Origin: Marsupella aquatica
Lineage: Eukaryota; Plantae; Marchantiophyta
Assembly (NCBI GenBank): GCA_973895155.1
Contig: OZ316891.1
Coordinates: forward strand, 31,565,112 to 31,629,111
DNA: 64,000 nucleotides
Reading direction: 5' to 3'
Made by a program: the position numbers and the translations under genes. This document shows, in pieces, positions 10,357 to 22,400 of the stretch. Position 1 is the first letter of the stretch; every line of letters starts with the position of its first letter. The notes beneath the pieces are model-generated. The model was not told the DNA's origin, searched no databases, and saw only the letters and a list, made by a program, of their open reading frames with translations.

Positions 10357-13300
10357 TTGCTCGTCGTGGAATCTCCTGAATTTTATCCTGGTATCAGATC
10401 TAATCGTGGGTTGTGGTGCCGACAGAGGAAGCCCAGAGCACCTCAGTTCAATCAGACGACGACAAGGAAAACACTCTCGGTGGATGGATGGTCAACTCCT
10501 GCATGGGTTAATGCAAGGGCGAATTTGATTAATCACTGCAGATTTCAATCTCATGTTATTTATTGCACGATAGATCGATCTACAGTCACTGCAAAAGGGA
10601 ATGGAAGTAGGCATATGCATGATGCTGGTACCACGAGTGAAACAATTGCTGATTTGAAAGATCGTCTACTGCGAGGCATTACTATAAACTCGTACACATA
10701 TGTTAAAGTTCTGCAAATGTGCTTGCAACAGAAAGACCTTTCAGCAGCCAAGCAAATTCATTATTGCATCATCGAGAGTGGAATTCATAAAAATCCATAT
10801 GTGGCAATCACTCTCTTGAATGCGTATATCAAATGCGGAGGATTGTTAGATGCACGTCGAGTTTTTGATCAACTTGAGAAGAAGAGTGTTATTACTTGGA
10901 ACGCGATGATAGCAGGATATGCTAAGAGTGATCATGCCGAATCTGTACCGGAACTTTTGAATCAAATGCGCCAAGAAGGAGTGCAGCCTAATGAGATCAC
11001 ATATCTGAGCATCCTGAAAGGATGTGCCAGTCCATTAGCCCTCACATGCGGAAAAGAAATTCATGAGCGTATTCGACATGCCGGCTTTGAATCGGACGTT
11101 CGTGTGGGGACTACCCTCCTACTGATGTACGCAAAATGTGGGTGCATCACGGAGGCAAGGATAGTTTTTGAAAAGTTGACCAATCGAAATATCATTACAT
11201 GGAATGTTATGATTGGAGCATATGCAGAACGTGGTGATGGTGTGGAAGCATATCGACTGTTTCTCCAAATGAGACGTGAAGGCTTCGAACCAGATGCATT
11301 CACTTACGCGAGTATTCTCAATGCGTGTGCAAGCGAAGAGCCGTTGGAGTGGGTCAAGGAAATTCATGAGCATGCTCGGAAGGCGGGACTGGAGTCCAAT
11401 TTGCGTGTGGGCAGTGCACTCATTCACATGTATGCAGAGAGTGGCAGTCTAGATGACGCCCGACTTGTTTTTGACAGAATGGAGACACGCGATGTAGTCA
11501 CCTGGAATATAATGATCTCTGGACTTGCACAACATGGATGTGGGCATGAAGCATATCGACTGTTTCTCGACATGAGACGTGAAGGCTTCGAACCAGATGC
11601 ATTCACTTATGCTAGTGTTCTCAATGCATCTGCAAGTGAGGGGGCTTTGGAATGGGTGAAGGAACTTCATGGCCATGCTAGCAAAGCGGGACTGGATTCA
11701 GATTTGCGTGTGGGCAGTGCACTCATTCACATGTATGCAGAGAGTGGCAGTCTAGATGACGCCCGGCTGGTTTTTGACAAAATGGAGAAACGCGATGTAG
11801 TCACATGGACTGTAATGATCGGTGGACTTGCACAACATGGATGTCGGGATGAAGCATATAGACTGTTTCTCCAAATGAGACGTGAAGGCTTCGAACCAAA
11901 TGCATTTACTTATGCTAGTATTCTCAATGCATCTGCAAGTGAGGGGGCTTTGGAATGGGTGAAGGAAGTTCATGGCCATGCTAGCAAAGCGGGACTGGAC
12001 TCTGATTTGCGTGTGGGCAGTGCACTGGTTCACATTTATGCACAGAGTGGCAGTATAGATGACGCCCGACTGGTTTTTGGGAGAATGGGGAAACGCGATG
12101 TAGTCACATGGAATGTAATGATCGGTGGACTTGCACAACATGGATGTGGGCATGAAGCATATCGTCTGTTTCTCCAAATGAGAACTGAAGGCTTCGAACC
12201 AAATGCAATAACTTATGTGAGCATCCTGAATGCATCTGCAAGTGAGGGGGCTTTGGAATGGGTGAAGGAAGTTCATGGCCATGCTCGCAAAGGGGGCCTG
12301 GAGTTGGATTTCCGTGTGGGCTGTGCTCTGGTTCACATGTATGCACAGAGTGGCAGTATAGATGACGCCCGACTGGTTTTTGACAGAATGGAGAAACGCG
12401 ATGTGGTCACATGGACTGTAATGATTGGTGGACTTGCACAACATGGAAGTGGGCATGAAGCTTATCGACTCTTTCTCCAAATGAGACGGGAAGGCTTTCA
12501 GCCAGATGCAATCACTTATCTGAGCATCCTGAATGCACCTGCAAGTGCGGGTTCTTTGGAGTGGGTGAAGGAGGTTCATGGGCATGCTAGCAGTGCAGGA
12601 CTGGAGTCAGATTTGCGTGTAGGCAATGCACTGATTCACATGTATGCAGAGAGTGGCAGTATAGATGACGCCCGACTCGTTTTTGACAGAATGGCGAAAC
12701 GTGATGTAGTCACATGGACTGTAATGATCGGTGGACTTGCACAACATGGATGCCGTAATGAAGCCCTGGACCACTTCAGAAAAATGACCGCAGACGGTGT
12801 GAAGCCCAACGTGTATTCATTCGTGGCAGTGTTGTCAGCCTGTTGTCACGGAGGCCTTGTTGATGACGGCCGTAGAGTCTTTTCAGCCATGACGCAGGAT
12901 TATGGGATCGAGCCTGAGATTGTGCATTATAACTGCATGGTGGATCTTCTCGGGCGGGCTGGACGCTTGGAGGAAGCAGAGCTCTTCATCAGTGACATGC
13001 CAATTGAACCAAATACAGTCACTTGGACAGCCTTGCTTGGGGCTTGTAGAACTTATGGTAATGTGGAGTTGGGCGAACTTGCCGCTCAGGAGCTTTTCAA
13101 GTTGGAACCCAATAATGCCTCTGCATATGTGCTCCTCTCCAACATCTACGCCGCAGCTGGTAAGCGTCAGAAGAAGTCATTGGTGCGCACCATGATGCAA
13201 GACAGGGGTATTCGGAAGGAGCCAGGGCGGAGCTGGATTGACGTTGATAAGAAGATCCACAAATTTGTCGTAGGAGATAGATCTCACCCAGAAGCGAGGG

Positions 13301-13629
13301 CAATATATACCGAGCTTAATATATTGACTGAAAAATTGAAGGCTGAAGGCTACATTCCGGATACCCGACTTGTGTTGCATGATATCAATGAGAAGGATAA
13401 AGAACTAGCTCTTTGCTCTCATAGTGAGAAGTTGGCTATTGTTTACGGACTTATGCACATACCCCGGGGAAAACCAATTCGTGTATGGAAGAACCTTCGG
13501 GTGTGTTCGGATTGCCATACCGCAACCAAGTTTATCTCTAAGGTGACTGGACGCGAGATCATAGCCAGGGATGCCAATCGCTTTCACCAGTTTAAAGATG
13601 GCAGATGTTCTTGTGGCGATTACTGGTGA
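10357..13629 (+). CDS. PLS-class pentatricopeptide repeat protein with E1-E2-DYW deaminase domain (organellar C-to-U RNA editing factor)
   Basis: L-S + 6 PLS triplets + P2-L2-S2, E1/E2, PG box EPGRSW, HSEKLA, CSDCH, terminal DYW; uninterrupted. True start uncertain (listed start is TTG; first ATG 10615; possible upstream exons). Confidence 0.96.
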   Translation: MLVVESPEFYPGIRSNRGLWCRQRKPRAPQFNQTTTRKTLSVDGWSTPAWVNARANLINHCRFQSHVIYCTIDRSTVTAKGNGSRHMHDAGTTSETIADLKDRLLRGITINSYTYVKVLQMCLQQKDLSAAKQIHYCIIESGIHKNPYVAITLLNAYIKCGGLLDARRVFDQLEKKSVITWNAMIAGYAKSDHAESVPELLNQMRQEGVQPNEITYLSILKGCASPLALTCGKEIHERIRHAGFESDVRVGTTLLLMYAKCGCITEARIVFEKLTNRNIITWNVMIGAYAERGDGVEAYRLFLQMRREGFEPDAFTYASILNACASEEPLEWVKEIHEHARKAGLESNLRVGSALIHMYAESGSLDDARLVFDRMETRDVVTWNIMISGLAQHGCGHEAYRLFLDMRREGFEPDAFTYASVLNASASEGALEWVKELHGHASKAGLDSDLRVGSALIHMYAESGSLDDARLVFDKMEKRDVVTWTVMIGGLAQHGCRDEAYRLFLQMRREGFEPNAFTYASILNASASEGALEWVKEVHGHASKAGLDSDLRVGSALVHIYAQSGSIDDARLVFGRMGKRDVVTWNVMIGGLAQHGCGHEAYRLFLQMRTEGFEPNAITYVSILNASASEGALEWVKEVHGHARKGGLELDFRVGCALVHMYAQSGSIDDARLVFDRMEKRDVVTWTVMIGGLAQHGSGHEAYRLFLQMRREGFQPDAITYLSILNAPASAGSLEWVKEVHGHASSAGLESDLRVGNALIHMYAESGSIDDARLVFDRMAKRDVVTWTVMIGGLAQHGCRNEALDHFRKMTADGVKPNVYSFVAVLSACCHGGLVDDGRRVFSAMTQDYGIEPEIVHYNCMVDLLGRAGRLEEAELFISDMPIEPNTVTWTALLGACRTYGNVELGELAAQELFKLEPNNASAYVLLSNIYAAAGKRQKKSLVRTMMQDRGIRKEPGRSWIDVDKKIHKFVVGDRSHPEARAIYTELNILTEKLKAEGYIPDTRLVLHDINEKDKELALCSHSEKLAIVYGLMHIPRGKPIRVWKNLRVCSDCHTATKFISKVTGREIIARDANRFHQFKDGRCSCGDYW
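11191..12760 (+). repeat. 303-bp tandem repeats encoding near-identical P-L-S triplets
   Basis: P-motif starts at 11191, 11494, 11797, 12100, 12403, 12706 (exact 303-nt period), visibly high nucleotide identity. Confidence 0.92.
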
Positions 13630-13974
13630 CCAGATTGAAAGTTTTGATCGAAAGTGACTCGAAAGCAAACAAAGATCAATTTAAAGCACGTGTATTTTGT
13701 CAGTTTTGCGAAGTTGAAGTGCAGATGGGCGAGGGCATACATGAGGAGAGAGGTGGCCCCTTGTTGGCTACTGTCTGCTCCCTAACCCCTAAAGACTGCT
13801 GTGTGATGCTACAATATTCAGATTGGGCAAACGGAGCCCCGCAAATTCACACGATATCGAAGTCAAGTAAAGAATAATTTTAAGCACATGTATTCAGTAA
13901 ATTTTGTAAAGATCTCAAAGGCAGATGGGAGAGGGAATACATAAGAAAAGGGTCCAAATTGGGACAGAACTCAC

Positions 13975-14590
13975 AGTTGCCTCGGCAGGGTCCGATGTAG
14001 CGCTCCGCATCACCCGATGAGGGGAGAGACCTTGAGGCTGGTGAGATACCGGAGGGCTTAGAATTTACCCGAAGCCTTGGCGCAACAGGGAGGGTCTAAA
14101 GTTACTTTCGACAACGGGCTGAAGTCATTAGCTTCTACAAGTCACGAGATTGTCGTTGGTGCACTGGAGGTGCTCCGGTAGTATTGTGCAAGCATGGGAT
14201 TGAACAGGGTATTTGGTAATGAACTGGTCAAGCCAGACCTAGTTCCCGCAGCGGGTCCGGATGGGTTGTCCTGCTATATTTCGGGTGGGGACGGTGCGGT
14301 TGGGTGAACACTTTTGCTGGTTAGTTTTGGTTTACCTCAACGGTCCCGATGTAAACAGGGGTTTCCTAAGGCCGAGATTTCAACACATGAAATGGGCTGA
14401 ACAGTGGGTCAGGTATTGGTGGAGATCGACGGCCCACATTGTCCCTGATCGGACGGCAATGGCCTAACAATGAGGGACTCATGTGGCTTCTAAAGGAAGC
14501 CATGTCATAGACGGTCTGGATAGCTCCCACCTGGAATATCAACTGCCCACATCGACCATGGGCTGGCAAAAGACGGGGACTACCTAGGGA
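13975..14590 (-). pseudogene. Decayed Ty3/gypsy integrase C-terminus (possibly chromovirus)
   Basis: Fragments IFQVG, PSLLGH and FSPFHVLKSRP resemble the FxVGD..GPY/F..HPVFHVSxLKP module; many indels. Confidence 0.35.
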
Positions 14591-14712
14591 TCACACATTT
14601 TAAATTTTGACTGTTTCAAACAAGTTCAAAGAGAACAGAGGACAGCTTCGAGCAATTTTGAAATCTGCACATCCGAAACAAGTTCCAAGGTCTCGAATTC
14701 CTGCTGACAATT

Positions 14713-15473
14713 GTGCCACTTCGAGATTTCCTGGACTCAATGGAGACGGCAGGAGGATCGACAAGTAGAGAAGTTCACAGAGCAATGAGGAGAGGCCAGA
14801 CAGTGACGTTCGGTCCATTGTTTGGCTATATTGTCAATTTTGATGCCCCGAATGCTTATCCTAGGAAGTTTAATTACCTGGCCTGCACCGACATCAATGA
14901 GAAGAAGAATACTACGTGTTTGAAAACAGTTGAAGGACCTTACAAATGTAGGCTAACTCCATGGAGAAAGGATATTGGATGGACCAGTTTAGGTTTGATT
15001 TGTTTTTTGTTTTTTGTTGATTGCGGAGTTGCCAAAGATCCCCCCCCCCCCCCCCCCTTGCGTGCCATCGTGTTTGAAGCAGGAAGGGCCTTCCTGCAGA
15101 GTACGAGTGCAGGTGATTTCAGCTTGCTGGAGGAGGATGCGCAAGTCGCCATGGTTCAAGGCATTATCGACAAGATGCCGTTTGTTGAATTGTGGTTTGT
15201 GTGCATGAGAATAATGTTGTAATCCAGCAATTGTCGTTTTTAAAGGAAGGAGTAGTTACTCCACATCGTACGCCTCACTCTCATCGGAAGTCTGGGTGCT
15301 CAAGGACTGCCCAAGATGATGTAGATTCTCATGGTCACAACACTATTCTGTCACCCACTCCTGGGGTAGTGTCTAGCAGCTCCTTCGATCCTTCTGATTT
15401 TTATGCCTTGAAAGCTAGGGTGAAGGAAATGGAGTCCTCTCTGCAGTCGACAGAAATTGGTGAAATTGAGTAG
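14713..15473 (+). pseudogene. RPA1 C-terminal OB-fold/zinc-ribbon-like gene (frameshifted)
   Basis: NAYPRKFNYLAC..CLKTV..LRAIVFEAG; aligns along its length with 56189-56890 (NPYPRKFMYMSC..CGKSL..IRAKIWDAA); continues in ORF 15192-15473. Confidence 0.6.
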
Positions 15474-15940
15474 AGCCTCCATTGAATTCAGCAAGCTTCG
15501 GGAATCAAAGTACTTCATGGCATAGAGTTCAGGCTGTGAACGTATGTTGAAGTTACTCACGTTTCAATGGGTTTTCATTTTGTGTTTTGATGGTGTCTGT
15601 GCTGAAATTGAGAAATGTCCATCAGAAGGTATTAGTTTGGTGTTCTTACTGTTGTATTTCATTGTTGTTTGGGCCACGTTTTTCTACTTTAGCGATTAGT
15701 CTAACTTGCCTTGAAGACCGGCATCTCCGGCAGCGGCCGCCATAGCTACTGCCCAAAAATGTAACTGACCACCAATCTTTCAGGAGCAGATAGCGCTTGT
15801 ATTAGGCGAGCACATTCTGTGTTAGCTATGTTGCCAGGTCAGTACTTCCCATTGCTCATTGTAGTCTATGCTATGTATGGTGCCATAGCTGAACCTTCCC
15901 ATTTCATATTGTCAATTTGCATCGAAGCTTGTTTTGAACT

Positions 15941-16721
15941 GTGCCGTTGCCTGTTACGATGTCACGCCCAGGGAGTCCCAAGTTGGAAGAGCGTCTCGCC
16001 ATTGAGGGCTTCCATTACACAAAGGTGAAGGATGAGGTCAGGTATCACAGGTTCTCTGTCTATGCAATGGGCTCTTGTCGTCGAAAGTATAAGTACGTAG
16101 GCAAGATGGAAAATCAGGTTCGGTTGCACTTTTTTGAGAAGCAAAATTGGGAGTTGTGGCGCAATCCTGCTTGGACTCTCACCGCAAGGGTCAAAGACAT
16201 GTGGAATCTAAGGAAAATCTATGTTCGCTCTTGCATAAATACAAAGGCAAACCTAGCCTTCCCAGTCAGGCCATCGCCACCCAATCTTGGGGTTATGCCT
16301 TCATTTATAGAGTGTGTCACCTGACCTGCACATGCATGCCTTGGATTCTTTGTTGGATATTAAAGCATATTGTCAATTGAGATCTCTCATTTGTAAGGTT
16401 GGGAGTAGTAACTTGCTTTCTGAGTGGCTTCCTTGTGTGTGTCACTCGGTTATTGCAATTGACAAAGAAATTGGCAATGAAGGGTACTTCTCACAATTGC
16501 ACCTGAATGTGGCTTGTCATGCTTTGGGCCCAATTACAGCACAAAGGTTTGAAAATATGGATGAACCTACTAAGGGCATCCTTAGGAAGCATTCCGACCA
16601 GGTTGCCCTGTTGTGGGTGGAAGCCAGAGGTATTTACAAACAACATAAAACAGCAAATAGTAATAAGAAACAGAAAGTGGTAACAAGAAAGTGGGTGTTA
16701 ATTTTTTTCAATTTTTTTTGA
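15941..16721 (+). pseudogene. Frameshifted gene with an F-box-like motif
   Basis: PSFIE/SPDLHMHALDSLLDIKAYCQLRSLICK resembles LPxDL..IL..L..LRxVCK; ORFs 15941-16324 and 16314-16721 overlap. Confidence 0.35.
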
Positions 16722-16989
16722 AGTTTTTTTTTTTTCTTTCGACAACTTTTTTTTGCTAGCGCCCGGCGTTGGTAATAGCAACGCCCAAAGCTAGCCATAA
16801 AATGTTGTAAATATTGTTAACTTTTTTGGAAAATGATATTTTTTATGAGTTATTTTTAGATTATCATTTTTCCTGGTAACAATAACATTTTGTTGATAAC
16901 ACAAAATTTTTGTTGGTAACAGGAAACCTGTTTCCTATTTCTTGTCATAGGGCGAACTGGAGGCGGATATCCATGATGATTTGGATGGT

Positions 16990-18030
16990 CCAGACGAACT
17001 AGAATACGATTGTGCTCCTAAGCTTGTCCCAACACGTCGGGACCAGAATTGCCCCGACTTTAACAACCAACTTCTGGTTCTTGCCCGCTAGTAGCCTAGA
17101 GGCCAAGTGCACTTGAAACTCATCCTCCATGCCTACTTGGCTTGCCTCCCCAACGCAAGCTCCCTTGGGCAACTAAATGGGGCTTGGTTGCTGTTTCGGC
17201 AGGATTTGGCAAGCGAGCAAACTAGCCCCCGCAAACCCCAAGGATCCATGACACCCCTGGACCCAATTGAGATCAGGAGGATGTAGTCCTCCTTGAGAGA
17301 TTTCCAACGCGGCCAAGAAGTCCTCCAACAGACTTCCCGTTGGGAAGTTATTGCCGTTTCCGTTCCTTTGGCGTATTCTCTTAGTGTTGCGATCATTGCG
17401 GCTCATGACTTTGGCTCGCCCTTAGCCCCCAAGGAGACACCATTCCCCTCATATATGCTTTTGGAGACCTGCCACCCCGGGACCTACTTTGGTCCCCAAA
17501 TTTTGGCCCCCCATCTGGATCCCAACCCGCACGTCTGGGCGCGCCACAAACTGGCAATGCCCATAACTTTCTAGTTAGGCGTCCGTAACTAAGCGGAGTG
17601 CCTTAGCCCATTGAGATTGGGCCGACCCAATGCTCATGCCTAGGCCCTCAGATCCCGTCATCACCTGGGACCACCGATCGGCCAAAACCGGATCGGACCA
17701 TAACTCGTGCCCCCATAGTCCGTTGCCCATGGAGTGAACTCCATTGGCCTTGGCCCCAAGAGGAGCTCTTACTCAACCCTCAAAACTCAAAGGCCGTCCG
17801 GGGGTCCGGACGGTCGACCTTGAGTCCGGTCCTTTCCCCTTGACCCGATCAGCCCTCAGCTGGTCCAAGTCCTTAGTGTGTGTCACCAGCTTAGCGCCTT
17901 GCCTTCGCCAGTGCCACACCCCTTGCCCACAAGTCCCCCCATGCTAAGTCCTCCCCGAATGGCCGTTCCGGGCTTGGACCATAGGGGAGCTTGGCGTCAG
18001 AGTCAGCGACGCTGGAGCTAAGTGTTATGA
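16990..18030 (-). pseudogene. Decayed retrotransposon gag and leader remnant
   Basis: FPTGSLLEDFLAALEI..LGFAGA resembles a gag capsid start; same strand as the 14-kb integrase remnant. Confidence 0.3.
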
Positions 18031-18133
18031 AAGTTGAGTTTTGCGACTGCAAAAAATACAAAGGAAGGGTAAGGAGGGGAAATTGCGGATATTAAGGGAA
18101 GGGGACATGATCTCACAAAATTGAGTTCATAAA

Positions 18134-18640
18134 TCAAGCCATAGTAGTTGCATTATCCTTCCTGGTTGGTTTTGCCTCCACCCATTTAGTCACATAATCT
18201 GTGGCCAAGATGATGTACTTGTTTGTTTGGGGATCAGTCAATGGTTCCACGGGTCTAATGTAATCCATACCCCACTTCTCAAATTGTGCAAGGGGTAAAA
18301 TACGGTGCAAGGTGCGTCTTATTGCCGCTCTTGGTCCTCTTGCTCTTTGACAAGGATCACATTGCTTGATGCACTGGTGAACATCCTTGTGCAATGTTGG
18401 CCACCAGCCGACATCTAAGATCTTCTTAGAAGTGGTCACTGATGCAAAATTTCCTCTGGCTTCTTCTCCATGCATGGCCTGTAGTACTCTTTTCACCTCC
18501 CCCTTTTCCAAACATTGTTGAACCCTTCCATCAATCTCGTGCCTATGTAGGATACCCTTGATGCACTGGTACTGAGCCATGCACCTTACGCAAAAATACT
18601 GCTGATTGCTCTCTAATGAGTTGTGGTGCATCCCATGGCT
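18134..18640 (-). pseudogene. Ty3/gypsy integrase fragment related to the intact element at 27601-40051
   Basis: WWPTLHKDV..CDPCQR..LPLAQFEKWGMDYI..YIILATDYVTKWVEAKP matches the integrase of ORF 30799-36867. Confidence 0.88.
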
Positions 18641-19488
18641 CTCCAAACCCAAGAAACCCCCTAGCTTGATTCCGCGGCTTAGCGGCATGGGACGCTGCTA
18701 ACTCATTACTACTAACACAATTAACATTTTACACACATATACTGGACAGATCCTTCATCGGGTCATGGATACATAGCCGGCCTAATCTAGGCCTTCCCTT
18801 GTCTTCTTCTCTTTGTCTGCTTTAGGTATATTTGGATTCTGCCGCCAGAATGATCCCCATCTGGCTTGGGTAAGCCGCTAAGACCTCTCTCAGCTCGACA
18901 CATCCAACTCTTACTACCTTGCTTACTCTCTTCTCTTGGTTGATGTGGGCAATCTTCAAACAAGTTAATGCGACACACAAATAGCAAAATGACTCCTTCT
19001 GACTGAGTTATACCATGCACTTGCTATACAAATAGTACTTCTCATACACAAGATCTGCGAACTAAGCCGTAAGGCCAACTCTATTCATCTCTTAGGCATG
19101 AGGAGACATAAATATACACAAGGGTCACAGTATAACTAATCGAGAGCTCCTTTTACTACTTGATCTCAGCCTTGCTGGTGCACTAAAAACTTGCTAAGGA
19201 AGAAGGCCCTTAACTCCCCGCAGCCCAGGTACTTATCCTGGTTGTGGATCCACCCAATTCCTTGCAGCGTAAGCCTAATCTATCCTAATTGTAATCTATT
19301 TATGTACAGCGAGGCAGGAGCACATGTGTCGCTCTTACCAGTGGATCCGTAATCCCACAAGCTAAGTGTTAGGGCCGCCTCTTGGTTCTGATCCTAATTC
19401 TAAACTTGGAGATCTGAGCCCGCCCTGCCCACTCACGCCTCCTACCTCCACGTTTGCACTCCTTAAAAGGAGTGGCCCCCTACCACCG

Positions 19489-22400
19489 TCATGGCAATGA
19501 TGGCTGATCCTCAATGGACACCCCCAACATTTCCTCCGCAGCCACTACCGTAGGTCCGTCTTCTGACAGATTACCTACCCCAGACCGAGTCAACTCTCCA
19601 TCGGCCTGACTGGGTCCACCCTCGGCCTCGACCTCAGCATTGTCCACGGCCTCCAATACGGCTACGGCCTCCCCGGCCTGCTCTAGTGGAGGATCCGGTA
19701 CCCCGGCTTCATCACTGAGCATTCCGGCTTTGGCCTTGCTATCCTCGTCTTTTAGGACAGTTGGATCCTCTGCCGTGCCCCTACCTGAGGTTGGTGCCGG
19801 GTTTACCTCCTCAGTCACAACGGCTTGAAAAGCCATATTACTCCCTGACCCAGAAGGTTTCTGCTTCTTCTTCTTCCCTGTTTCGGCAGCTGGTCCCTTC
19901 CCCTTGCCACTTACCTCCGGTACCGGGGCGAGTGTCTTGGCTTGTCCTTCGGCCAGTACTACTCCTGGCAACTTAGTTCCCACAATTGGAGTTGGACCTG
20001 AGGAAGCTAAACACTTAAATACTGCGGCTTGTTTCTTCAGCCGTTCCGTTTGGTTATCGGCCCGCCGCTGTAAGTTCTCCATCTTCCGCGTGCTTTCCTC
20101 CAACTCCTCCTGCACTTCATCCAGGTCCTTGCGCGCCTCCTCCAGCTCCTTCTGGGCTTCTTCCAGCTCTTTCTGGGCTTCTTCCAATTCCTTCTTCAAG
20201 GTAGCCCTCTCCTCCTGGGTTGCTCTTAGCTCCTTGTCTAGCTCCGTTACGACCTCAGACTCCATTTTATTCATCTTGGCATAAGTCTGGTCGAGCTGGT
20301 CGTCTTTCTGTCACACGATTGACATGGGTCTTAACACCAAAAACGTCACCATGGGTGCCAAAACCACCTCCTTGTACCTGAGGATCACGAAGGGATGTTG
20401 TGAAGGCCAGTAAACACCAATTTATGCCCTTAACACCAGACTATCATAGCAAGACTCTGTCACACATCACCCAAGCTCAATCCCTAGGAACCAAGGTTGG
20501 GAATCAGATCCTGTGCTCATGATAGTTCTAGTGAGAAGGGGTCTTCATATTGGGCCCGTACACACAGGGCCCAGCGCTATGGTGCGCATATGTCTATACA
20601 TATGCTTACTGTCATAGGTATATTTCTATTCCGCCGCCGGAATGTACCCATAAACCAGTGACTCCTGACTGATTCCCGGCCTAGGGACTTCTAAGCCATT
20701 GCCCCACCACTCTGCCATTCCACTCTCAGCAATCAGAGCTGTGATAGCCCTCACCCAACCCACTTCAATGCACCCGGTACACCTCTCAGTGGCGCTGCTA
20801 GTCTCATCATACACTCAGATTGCCTCACACACACACACACATCCATGAGAGAAATGAGGCCTGAGAGGAAAACTCAGTTAGATTCAAAGATGTGCACAAT
20901 AGTTCACTAAGAACACTTGATCCGAACAATAGGCCTGAAGGCTGTCTCCTCCAGATTGTGACGTGCTTGCCATGCAAGCTCAATCCTGAACCTAAGCCTG
21001 GCTCACTCCAGATTGCGACGGCAGATTGGACTCAAACCAATCCTGTACTTGCCTTGCAAACTCAATCCTGAACTCAACCTCCTTCACTGCACTTCATTCT
21101 TGGGGGCACATACAGATCTCACACCTCCAATTCAGAACGTCAAGTTACGCATGCATAGTTGACTCGACTTCAAAGCTGGTACCAGGCCTAACGACGATCT
21201 ATCCCAGACTGCAATGAGGCCCGACCTCACGCTTGCCCTGCAAGCTCAGCTCTGGCCATAAATCCCTTAGTGCTCTCCACCAGACAAAGGCCGGGACTCC
21301 CCATGGATCACATAGCCTTGCCAGACTGAACTGTAAATGCTCCTCCTACTGCCCCTCAATCAGTATCTCAGCCTCCCTAATGTGCTCACCACAAATCAAA
21401 TTGACATCCTCCCCACAGTTTACAATCACCAATACATCACCTATCACCAAGGCTCTGTATCGGGGGAAAAGAACCCAGTTGTGTTGTCCACTAGAAAGAG
21501 CCACAATCCAGCTCGCAAACCTAGCAACCTGTTGCTGTGAAGCTTGGCTGATTACTCCTTGAGTAATAGCACAACCAAGCTCTCCCCAACATGCAGCGTC
21601 CAAGTCCAGCCTTACTTGCACAGAGCTCCTCCCTGCTGCTCAGTCTAAGTGAGATCACACAACTGAAGTCCCCCCCCCCCTTGCCTCTACCGGGGGGCTG
21701 CTCTATCTACTCTCATACTGAGCCCAAATGGGTGGACACTACGCTCCTGGAGCCCCATCCCAGCCCTAACAGAGCCACCACTATCTCTAACTACTGAACC
21801 CTAACTCGCAACTTTATTTCTATCTCGAATTGGCTATGTACTTTGGATTTGGCCCTCCTCCATGGTTTTTGTGAGCTTGCGCCTCCTCTCCCGATTTCTC
21901 TATTCAACCATTTGCTGCGTGGATAGCAACGTTGGAAGCGGATTGAGCTCCTCTTTCCAACGAGGTCAATTATAGCCAATTTGGGCAAATACAAAGAAAG
22001 TTATGGCCCCGCAACCGAGAGGGGGTACTCACTACTGCGCTAACCCGAGTTACATAGCTAACCCGAGTAGATCTAACCCATGGCCTCGGGCTATCCACTA
22101 ACCTAGGCTAAGCTGAGCCCGAACCCGAACTTACCTATGCTAACCCAAGCCCGGCTAACCCGAGTTCAGTCTAACCCGAGATCAATCTAATCCGAACCCG
22201 GGTTAAGCTGAAGCTGTGCTGACCTGAGCTAAGCTGAAGTTGAGCTTACCTGAGCTAAGCTGAAGCCGTTCTCACCTGAGCTAAGCTGAAGCCGTTCTCA
22301 CCTAAGCTGAGCCGTGGTCGAGCTTAGGTTAACCCGAAACCGAAGCCGAATCCGCTAATTCCGGCCACAAGTTAACCCATCACACTAATCAGGCCGTATC

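Noticed and set aside
11752-12585. 277-aa repetitive antisense ORF and other minus-strand ORFs over the PPR gene
   Set aside because: Shadow frames of the 303-bp PPR repeats
13672-13945. Degenerate ~75-bp direct repeat downstream of the PPR stop
   Set aside because: Old local duplication with no termini or structure indicating function
14713-15473. Helitron assignment based on the RPA-like gene
   Set aside because: No Rep/helicase and no clear 5'-TC or 3'-CTRR terminus seen
19489-20274. Heptad repeat ELEEAQK as a host myosin/SMC-like gene
   Set aside because: It is the continuation of the retroelement accessory ORF split by the solo LTR
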